This document shows positions 1-5,356 of a stretch of 5,543 bases of DNA, piece by piece; the stretch's first letter is position 1; the number at the start of each line of letters is the position of its first letter. Source of the stretch: a virus; IMG/VR virus record IMGVR_UViG_3300020030_000330, positions 1 to 5,543 of that record; one strand, given 5' to 3'. A program made the position numbers and the translations under genes. Under the pieces are notes generated by a model. That model saw nothing but the letters and a program-made list of their open reading frames with translations. It did not search any database and had not been told where the DNA came from.

Positions 1-32
1 ATAAATATAATGTTAAAAGGTCGAATGCACTT
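1..32. repeat. Terminal redundancy, copy 1 (identical to 5512..5543). This is the assembly overlap of a circular genome with unit length 5511 nt.
   Basis: ATAAATATAATGTTAAAAGGTCGAATGCACTT occurs at 1..32 and again exactly at 5512..5543. Microviridae genomes are circular ssDNA. Confidence 0.9.
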
Positions 33-40
33 GCGTGTTC

Positions 41-86
41 TTTTCTTTCTTCGTATATTGCCGCCAATAAGATGAAAGAAAGAAAA
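41..86 (+). promoter_or_regulatory. Long imperfect hairpin in the main non-coding region. A polypyrimidine arm pairs with a polypurine arm, and a small hairpin sits inside the loop.
   Basis: TTTTCTTTCTT (41..51) pairs over 11 contiguous bp with AAGAAAGAAAA (76..86), and C52-G74 pairs after a 1-nt bulge. Inside the loop, TATTG (56..60) pairs with CAATA (65..69) around a CCGC loop. Confidence 0.5.
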
Positions 87-89
87 TTT

Positions 90-112
90 TTGTTAAAGTG
101 CCCGTTTAACAA
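90..112 (+). promoter_or_regulatory. Second hairpin in the non-coding leader (8-bp stem, 7-nt loop).
   Basis: TTGTTAAA (90..97) pairs with TTTAACAA (105..112). The loop is GTGCCCG. Confidence 0.4.
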
Positions 113-162
113 CGCCTTTCTTTTCTCTTAGAACATATTTATTAACTAATAATTATTGTCAA

Positions 163-450
163 ATGGTTGAAACTTTGAAAAAGGTTAATCTTACTTATTC
201 GCCCTTTAGTTCTGAAGGGATTTTGCGTGTGAGGCTTGAAGTTGTTCGTAAAGTTCCTTATATTTCTTCAGAATGGCCGTCTCGTATCCTTCTTTGGCTT
301 TCTCGTCGCTATCATGTTATTCTTTCTAGTTTTTCCATGTTAGGCGATGATTCTTTCACTTTGGTTGCTCTTATCGTATGTGATGAGGATTATTTCCGTC
401 AGTGGTCACGTAATTCATTGCTCGATTATGTTAGCGGACTTATTAAGTGA
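163..450 (+). CDS. Hypothetical protein, 95 aa, function unknown.
   Basis: Open frame on the gene-bearing strand. Its T-rich third codon positions (gtt, ctt, cgt, tct, tat) match those of VP1 and VP4. The sequence is not low-complexity, and I recognise no family. Confidence 0.55.
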   Translation: MVETLKKVNLTYSPFSSEGILRVRLEVVRKVPYISSEWPSRILLWLSRRYHVILSSFSMLGDDSFTLVALIVCDEDYFRQWSRNSLLDYVSGLIK

Positions 451-694
451 GAATGAAGTTTTGGCAGGAATGATAATTGACCTTGCTTTAATTCCCGTCG
501 ATTTGTGCACTCCTACTTTGATGTTGAAGATAAATGAGGAACTTTATGCCAAAGCAGAATCCGAATACTGGACACAGCGACGTGTTGACGATGTCAGAGA
601 TTTTTGTGAGTACTTCGCTCATAGGCGTAACGCTGACAAATTTTATCGTGAGCAATCTAAATTGTTCGAGCCTCGTTTTGTTGAACTATTTTGA
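428..694 (+). CDS. Hypothetical protein, about 88 aa. It is the same frame as ORF 347..694, but the true start is probably ATG 428 or ATG 470.
   Basis: The 347..427 part of this frame overlaps ORF 163..450 and reads as Leu-rich off-frame sequence (MILSLWLLLSY...). The part after 450 is ordinary mixed-charge sequence (EELYAKAESEYWTQRRVDDVRDFCEYFAHRRNADKFYREQ). It ends 14 nt before the VP4 start. Confidence 0.5.
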   Translation: MLADLLSENEVLAGMIIDLALIPVDLCTPTLMLKINEELYAKAESEYWTQRRVDDVRDFCEYFAHRRNADKFYREQSKLFEPRFVELF

Positions 695-708
695 TAGTTA
701 GTTAATAT

Positions 709-1683
709 ATGTGTTACAATCCTCTTACCATTACAATTAGTGAACCCAACGCGACTGGAGGAATCCGCCGTGTTGCGGTTCCTTGTGGTAAGTGCTTTCA
801 ATGCTTGCGTGACTATCAGAATTCTTGGTCTATTCGTATTCAAGAAGAATTTAGAAATTACGGATATGGTTACTTTTTTACTCTCACTTACAATAACGAT
901 TGCGTGCCTCTTGTTTGCGATAGTGACAGCGGTTTGTTATATCAGTCGGTTTGTAAGTCACACGTGCAAGATTGGATTAAGAGGTTTCGCACGAGGTTAT
1001 CTCGATCGGAAGGTAAAGCGAAGGAAGGCATTAAATATTTCATAACGTCTGAGTATGGCCCTCGCACTCTAAGACCTCATTATCACGGCGTTATTTTCGG
1101 CGTTGATGATATTGAATTTCGTTTATTGCTTTCTGACTGGAATAAGTCGTTTGGCTTTACGACTTCCAAGTTGATTTCTGCACATAATTGTGGTGCTGCT
1201 TCCCGTTACGTTGCCAAATATTGCTCCAAAGGTTTCTTCAAGAATCCTTATGAAGTACAGGGCATTGTTAAGCCTACTTTTCACCTTGTAAGCAAAGGTT
1301 TTGGTTTATCATATGTAGAACGTATGAAAGATTATCACCTCGCTGCTGATTGTTCTATTAACCCTCGCTTAGACCGTTATTATCAGCGTGTTGGCGACCG
1401 TTCTCGTGTTTATATTGGAAAATTTGGCTACAAGATGCCAAGATATTTTAAGACAAAGATTTATGGTGAAAAAACTCGTTTATCGCATAAAGTTGCTGAT
1501 TATTTATATTCGGAGTCTGACAAATTTCGTGATTGTGCACTGGAAAGAATACAATCCGAAAGGAATTGCACTTTATCTGAAGCCATTCATATACTTGATT
1601 TGCAAAATGATAGCGAAAGACTATGCAAAGAAAGAGAGATACGAAAGACTTTAGGAGAAAGTTATGACAAATCCCAAATTTAA
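709..1683 (+). CDS. VP4: Microviridae replication initiation protein VP4 (HUH superfamily rolling-circle endonuclease), 324 aa.
   Basis: N-terminal MCYNP...PCGKCFQC Cys cluster. RCR motif I is YFFTLTY (nt 871..891). The HUH motif is PHYHGVIFG (HYH at 1078..1086). The double-tyrosine motif YVAKY (Y at 1207..1209 and 1219..1221) has the same spacing as the phiX174 protein A active site YVAKY. Confidence 0.93.
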   Translation: MCYNPLTITISEPNATGGIRRVAVPCGKCFQCLRDYQNSWSIRIQEEFRNYGYGYFFTLTYNNDCVPLVCDSDSGLLYQSVCKSHVQDWIKRFRTRLSRSEGKAKEGIKYFITSEYGPRTLRPHYHGVIFGVDDIEFRLLLSDWNKSFGFTTSKLISAHNCGAASRYVAKYCSKGFFKNPYEVQGIVKPTFHLVSKGFGLSYVERMKDYHLAADCSINPRLDRYYQRVGDRSRVYIGKFGYKMPRYFKTKIYGEKTRLSHKVADYLYSESDKFRDCALERIQSERNCTLSEAIHILDLQNDSERLCKEREIRKTLGESYDKSQI

Positions 1684-1695
1684 TTTCTAATTTAT

Positions 1696-3297
1696 ATGGC
1701 AAATCGTAATTTATTCGGCTCTACGCCGATACAAGTTCCTAATCGTTCTGGTTTCGACTTGTCGCACGAGAATATGCTCACACTTAAGTGTGGTCAGCTC
1801 GTGCCAGTTATGACAGACCTCCTTATCCCTGGTGATAGGGTAAGTGTCGGTTCTGCTTTCGAGATTCAGTTGCCTCCTATGGCGACTGATTTCTACGGTC
1901 GTGTTCGTTTCAAAATGGAGGCTTTTTTTGTGCCTTGTCGCCTTCTTTACGGCGGTTGGCAAAAGTTTATGACTTCGCCTACTGGTAACAATGCTCCTTC
2001 CGCTGTTTCTGTTGGCTCGATTCTTCCGTTTTGTGTTGTCCCTGCTGAAAATGCTTCTATTCTTGGTCGTGCTTCCCTTGCTGATTATCTCGGTTATAAA
2101 GGTACTGTAAATACTCGTCAGCGTATTAATAATATATTGCGCTTTGTGGCTTATCATAAGATTTACGATGATTGGTACCGTGACTCTCGCATTCAGAAGC
2201 CAGTATTTGACGAGGCTGTGCCAGTTAATTCTTCCGTTGGTGCTATTTCTGTTGCTAATCTTCCTTATCAGGGTGTAAATGGTGATTCCTTTACCTATGG
2301 CACTGCAACGAAATTCGCCGATGGTGTTGACCTTTTCAGTCTTCGTCAGCGTAATTGGGCTCGTGACTATTTTACAAACGCCACACCTCTTCCACAAGCC
2401 GGTACAGGTGCTTCTTTGTCTTTTGATGTTGCTGATAATTCTGGTTCTTTTACTATTGCTTCTCTTCGTGCTGCCAATTCTTTACAACAGTGGTTGGAGC
2501 GTAATAATATTGCCGGCAATAGATATGCTGACCAAATTAAGGCTCATTTCGGTGTTATGCCTTCAGATGCTGTTACTCAGCGAGCTATCTATTTAGGTAG
2601 TTCTTCGAGTGTTATTTATAATCATTCGGTCTATCAGACTAACAATATGGGTGATGTTGTCGGTGATGGTGCCCCGAACCCTTTCTCTTCTGTAGGTTCT
2701 AAGTATTCTGCCCCTATCGGTTCTGATAAATCTTCCCTTGTTGGTGATTTTTCCGTCACTGAATTCGGTTACCTTATGGTTATCGGTTCTATCGTTCCTG
2801 ACGCTGTTTATGCGACTGGCGTTAACCGTGATTTCTTCCGTTTACAGATTGGTGATTTTGCTTTTCCTCTGCTTCAGGGCGTTGGCGACCAACCTATTTA
2901 TAAGGCTGAGTTGGCTAATGTTGGTGTAGATGGTAATACGATGGATGCTATGGAAACTTTCGGCTATACTCAGCGTTTCGCAGAGTATAAATTTATGGAG
3001 GATGAAGTTCACGGTGGCCTCTGTGATGGTCAATCGCTTTCTTCTTTTGCTCTTAAGCGTTCTTTTGGTACTCTTCCTAATACTGCCCTTGGTGCCTCGT
3101 TCTTGGAGATTCCAGTTGACTATCTTGATGATGTTGCCGCCTCATCTAGTGCGTTGCCTTCTTCTTATGGTGCTTGGGCTGATATTTTCTTCCAGTATCG
3201 CAAGACTTCAGTTCTTTCCTCTTACACTATACCTACTTTAGGCGACCCTCATAACACACACATTGAAACCGTTCCAACTGGTGGTCGTCGTCTTTAA
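1696..3297 (+). CDS. VP1: Microviridae major capsid protein VP1 (F-protein family), 533 aa.
   Basis: The N-terminus ...NRSGFDLSHENMLTLKCGQLVPVMTDLLIPGDRV is the hallmark start of gokushovirus-type VP1/F capsid proteins. The size is typical, the codon bias is strong, and it starts 12 nt after the VP4 stop. Confidence 0.93.
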   Translation: MANRNLFGSTPIQVPNRSGFDLSHENMLTLKCGQLVPVMTDLLIPGDRVSVGSAFEIQLPPMATDFYGRVRFKMEAFFVPCRLLYGGWQKFMTSPTGNNAPSAVSVGSILPFCVVPAENASILGRASLADYLGYKGTVNTRQRINNILRFVAYHKIYDDWYRDSRIQKPVFDEAVPVNSSVGAISVANLPYQGVNGDSFTYGTATKFADGVDLFSLRQRNWARDYFTNATPLPQAGTGASLSFDVADNSGSFTIASLRAANSLQQWLERNNIAGNRYADQIKAHFGVMPSDAVTQRAIYLGSSSSVIYNHSVYQTNNMGDVVGDGAPNPFSSVGSKYSAPIGSDKSSLVGDFSVTEFGYLMVIGSIVPDAVYATGVNRDFFRLQIGDFAFPLLQGVGDQPIYKAELANVGVDGNTMDAMETFGYTQRFAEYKFMEDEVHGGLCDGQSLSSFALKRSFGTLPNTALGASFLEIPVDYLDDVAASSSALPSSYGAWADIFFQYRKTSVLSSYTIPTLGDPHNTHIETVPTGGRRL

Positions 3298-3307
3298 TCT
3301 TGTTCAT

Positions 3308-3335
3308 TCCAAGGGGCTTTGTCCCCTTGGATTTT
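3308..3335 (+). terminator. Hairpin with a short T-tract just after VP1. It is probably a partial intrinsic terminator or an mRNA-stabilising hairpin.
   Basis: TCCAAGGGG (3308..3316) pairs over 9 bp with CCCCTTGGA (3323..3331), the loop is CTTTGT, and TTTT follows at 3332..3335. It lies 11 nt downstream of the VP1 stop. Confidence 0.6.
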
Positions 3336-3366
3336 ACTATGTAATTTGATAAATTTACTTTGAATT

Positions 3367-3681
3367 ATGATACAAATATGTAATTTCGACAAAGTTCGTG
3401 ACGTTCAAGAGCACGTTCCTTCTCTCGCCACCGACTTGAATAAGGCTATTGAGACAAACACTGTTCAAGATACTGGCGTTGTCGCTGATTTTAATTCCAT
3501 TGAAGAGCCTAACGCTATAACTGGTCGTGTTTCAGATGCCTTTGAGGCTATAGACGCTCAGCGTGCAATTCTAGCTGCCGGTAAGGCTGCTAAGTCTAAG
3601 GCTGACGCTGCCGCCGCTGCTGCTGCCGCCGCTGCTGCCGCTGCTAAATCCGTGTCATCTTCAAAAGACGATGTTCTCTAG
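3367..3681 (+). CDS. Small acidic hypothetical protein, 104 aa, with a C-terminal 13-residue poly-Ala tract. A scaffolding-like role is possible but unproven.
   Basis: Open frame between VP1 and VP2 on the coding strand. I count 15 D/E against 10 K/R. The A13 run is flanked by Lys/Ser-rich sequence, and I recognise no family. Confidence 0.6.
   Translation: MIQICNFDKVRDVQEHVPSLATDLNKAIETNTVQDTGVVADFNSIEEPNAITGRVSDAFEAIDAQRAILAAGKAAKSKADAAAAAAAAAAAAAKSVSSSKDDVL
3607..3645 (+). repeat. GCY trinucleotide tract encoding Ala x13, built from a tandemly duplicated 15-nt unit.
   Basis: GCTGCCGCCGCTGCT occurs at 3607..3621 and again at 3622..3636. It is followed by GCCGCTGCT (3637..3645), which equals the last 9 nt of the unit. 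Confidence 0.85.
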
Positions 3682-3692
3682 AACGAACATCG

Positions 3693-3728
3693 AAGCGCAC
3701 TATATATACTTGATAATATAGTGCGCTT
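3693..3728 (+). other. Perfect 13-bp inverted repeat (hairpin) between the 104-aa ORF and VP2.
   Basis: AAGCGCACTATAT (3693..3705) is the exact reverse complement of ATATAGTGCGCTT (3716..3728), and the loop is 10 nt. Only one extra T follows, so it is not a canonical intrinsic terminator. Confidence 0.6.
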
Positions 3729-3755
3729 TGACACATAACAATAAATCAATTTGTT

Positions 3756-4793
3756 ATGAAAGTAGAATATCATAGTTCTGTAGAAAATAATAAAGGCCTT
3801 TTCCGCAATATCGGTAAAGGTTTAGGCGGTCTTTGGAAAGGTGTCGAAAGTCTTTGGAATCGCATAACTGGCCGTGGTCAGACTAAGGCCGAACGAGCTG
3901 CTCAGGATTTCTCCGCAAATCAGGCTCAAATCAACCGTGAATTTCAGTCTGCTGAGGCTCAGAAGGCGCGTCAGTGGCAAGAGGATTTTTATACACAGTA
4001 TCAGAGTCCTCAGGCTCAGGTTCGTCAGTATCAGGATGCTGGATTGAATCCTGCGTTAATGTATGGTCGTGGTGCTACTCCTGCTGCTTCTGCTTCGGTT
4101 GCGTCTAATGGTCCTTCTGGCGATACTGCCTCCGGTGTTGTTGCCCCTGCTGACCCTTCTTCCTTGCTTAATTTGGTCTTTGGAATGGCAAAGTTGCCTT
4201 CAGAGATTGACCTTCTTAATGCTCAGGCGGATGATTTCCGCGCCGCCGCTACTGGTAAGAATATTCAAAATGCGTACTCACCTCAGATTTTTGATCAAAA
4301 CCTTCGTAAAGGTGAAATGGATATTCTTAACACTTCCGCCGCTATAACTACTGCTCAGTATCAATGGGCTTTGATGTCTTCTCAGGAACAATTGAACACT
4401 ATTAAGACTTTGCTTACAGAAGCTGAAATTTCAGATGTTCTTGCGTCTGCGTCTTTGAAGGAAAAGCAAGCCGCTACAGAGGTTCTCAAACAGTCTAATC
4501 TTGAGGTTACAAATGACTTAATAGCCGCTCAGATAGCCACGGAGAAGATGCGTCCTCTTATGGTTGCCGCTCAGTCTGTTCTTGCACGTAATCAAGGCAC
4601 TTCTATTTCTTTGGATAATTTCCAAAAGGAGTTGACAAATGAAGTTTCTCGTAATACTGGTATTGCCGCTCCAAAGAATTTCTGTGAATTGCTATTTAAG
4701 ACTACGGGAGAATTCGCTCGGAGAGTTGATAATGGCATATCTACTGCAAAGAACTGGCTTACAAAAACTGGCAAACGCTTGTTGAAGTTATAG
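3756..4793 (+). CDS. VP2: Microviridae minor capsid / DNA pilot protein VP2, 345 aa.
   Basis: The Gln-rich segment FSANQAQINREFQSAEAQKARQWQEDFYTQYQSPQAQVRQYQDAGLNPALMYG (about nt 3903..4067) contains the AGLNP motif typical of gokushovirus-type VP2. The remainder looks coiled-coil-like, and the gene sits after VP1 as expected. Confidence 0.85.
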   Translation: MKVEYHSSVENNKGLFRNIGKGLGGLWKGVESLWNRITGRGQTKAERAAQDFSANQAQINREFQSAEAQKARQWQEDFYTQYQSPQAQVRQYQDAGLNPALMYGRGATPAASASVASNGPSGDTASGVVAPADPSSLLNLVFGMAKLPSEIDLLNAQADDFRAAATGKNIQNAYSPQIFDQNLRKGEMDILNTSAAITTAQYQWALMSSQEQLNTIKTLLTEAEISDVLASASLKEKQAATEVLKQSNLEVTNDLIAAQIATEKMRPLMVAAQSVLARNQGTSISLDNFQKELTNEVSRNTGIAAPKNFCELLFKTTGEFARRVDNGISTAKNWLTKTGKRLLKL

Positions 4794-4825
4794 AATCTGC
4801 TTATATTGCGAAAAATATTATCGTT

Positions 4826-4921
4826 ATGGGATTTTGGATAATGCTTGTCGCTTTGTTTGCAGTGTGTATTTATTTACCTTACAAACTATTATCAAAATTT
4901 ATTGACAAATGGAAAAAGTGA
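4826..4921 (+). CDS. Candidate small membrane peptide, 31 aa (MGFWIMLVALFAVCIYLPYKLLSKFIDKWKK). It is not in the supplied ORF track.
   Basis: I translated this by hand: ATG at 4826, TGA at 4919..4921. It has a hydrophobic N-terminal stretch of about 17 residues and a Lys-rich tail. It overlaps the next ORF's start (4909) by 13 nt in a different frame, an arrangement typical of translational coupling. Confidence 0.35.
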   Translation: MGFWIMLVALFAVCIYLPYKLLSKFIDKWKK

Positions 4922-5319
4922 TTGAATTACTTTCTTCGTGGCTTAAGTCCGCCCCTAAATGGGTTAAAGTTGTTGCGCCGCTCGTAATCGCTGGATTAGT
5001 CGCCATCTACCTCCTTTCTTCTTGTAGTGCTATCCATCACTTGGAGGTGGAACGGCGACAGACAAGAGAGATTAAGGACACGTCTTCGGTTCGTCTCGTT
5101 TCGTCAGTTTGTAAACGGACTACTGTAATCCGACTCGCCCGCGTGCGCTCTCTCCCCTATTCCGCCACGACAACCACGGCCGCAAGGCCGCTCGTAACCC
5201 AAGAAGCGGCCGCTCCTGCGGCCGCTGGAACTCAGGCGGCAACTGCACGCCGGTGTATCCATGCCCCAGCTGATCGCACATGTGCCGTAGTGACAAGTTT
5301 CTTGATGCCCTCGCTGTGA
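4909..5319 (+). CDS. Hypothetical 136-aa protein with a signal-peptide/lipobox-like N-terminus. The C-terminal half lies inside the GC-rich island, so its extent is uncertain.
   Basis: The N-terminal region carries K13/K17/K20, followed by the hydrophobic stretch VVAPLVIAGLVAIYLL and then LSSC (Cys39, nt 5023..5025), which fits the lipobox pattern [LVI][ASTVI][GAS]C. The downstream part is Arg/Ala/Thr-rich, and its codon usage departs from the T3 bias of the core genes. Two minus-strand frames are also open across this stretch, so openness alone is weak evidence here. Confidence 0.4.
   Translation: MEKVIELLSSWLKSAPKWVKVVAPLVIAGLVAIYLLSSCSAIHHLEVERRQTREIKDTSSVRLVSSVCKRTTVIRLARVRSLPYSATTTTAARPLVTQEAAAPAAAGTQAATARRCIHAPADRTCAVVTSFLMPSL
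5080..5105 (+). repeat. Short degenerate pentamer array (TCGKN) at the left edge of the GC-rich island.
   Basis: ACGTC T TCGGT TCGTC TCGTT TCGTC. There are four phased 5-nt units at 5086..5105 and a related ACGTC at 5080..5084. Confidence 0.4.
5177..5190 (+). other. 5-bp GC hairpin closed by a GCAA (GNRA-type) tetraloop.
   Basis: CGGCC (5177..5181), GCAA loop (5182..5185), GGCCG (5186..5190). Confidence 0.5.
5205..5226 (+). other. Perfect 9-bp hairpin formed by two NotI-type palindromes.
   Basis: AGCGGCCGC (5205..5213), TCCT loop (5214..5217), GCGGCCGCT (5218..5226). Confidence 0.65.
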
Positions 5320-5351
5320 GGCGTTAGCCCTTATCGAGGGCATCAATGAGC
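5297..5351 (+). other. Long hairpin at the right end of the GC island, spanning the stop codon of ORF 4909..5319.
   Basis: TTGATGCCCTCG (5302..5313) pairs perfectly over 12 bp with CGAGGGCATCAA (5335..5346). After one C/T mismatch, four more pairs follow (5297..5300 with 5348..5351), two of them G-U. Inside the 21-nt loop, GGC (5320..5322) pairs with GCC (5327..5329). Confidence 0.6.
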
Positions 5352-5356
5352 GAAAG

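Larger units (their letters stand above)
5131..5351 (+). other. Compositionally anomalous GC-rich island, dense in hairpins and palindromes. Its nature is unresolved: foreign coding sequence, structured RNA, or an ssDNA replication element.
   Basis: By hand count, G+C is 108/160 in 5131..5290 (about 68%) and 135/210 in 5131..5340 (about 64%). Sampled lines elsewhere give 18/60 (1..60) and 28/60 (1741..1800). The island contains at least four hairpins and many 6-8 bp palindromes. Confidence 0.6.

Noticed and set aside
25-33. TGCACTTGC (25..33) is perfectly complementary to the terminator 3' arm GCAAGTGCA (5372..5380), suggesting a long-range alternative pairing.
   Set aside because: It lies downstream of the U-tract, so it cannot act as an antiterminator during transcription. 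A single 9-nt complementarity is within chance expectation for this genome size.
643-843. Other minus-strand ORFs (643..843, 1448..1702, 2842..3033, 4592..4774), each 60-84 aa.
   Set aside because: They are short, antisense to well-supported + strand genes, carry no recognisable motifs, and are consistent with chance open frames.
1711-2397. 228-aa minus-strand ORF antisense to VP1.
   Set aside because: It lies wholly antisense to a confidently identified capsid gene. It reads as Arg/Lys/Ser/Thr/Ile-rich sequence typical of the complement of T3-biased codons. Microviridae are known to encode genes on one strand only, and I recognise no motif.
740-3241. Leu-rich + strand ORFs in shifted frames of VP4 and VP1 (740..1045, 1388..1654, 2279..2596, 2738..2929, 2930..3241).
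   Set aside because: Their composition (poly-L/V/F/I) is what a frame shift of T3-biased codons yields, and they recur in every long gene. There is no independent evidence for them.
5104-5346. 80-aa Cys/Arg/Gly-rich minus-strand ORF through the GC island. A second open minus frame starts MCDQLGHGYTGVQLPPEF.
   Set aside because: GC-rich sequence lacks stop codons in most frames, so openness is uninformative. The ORF is on the non-coding strand and would run head-on into the + strand terminator. It remains only a remote alternative under the GC-island finding.
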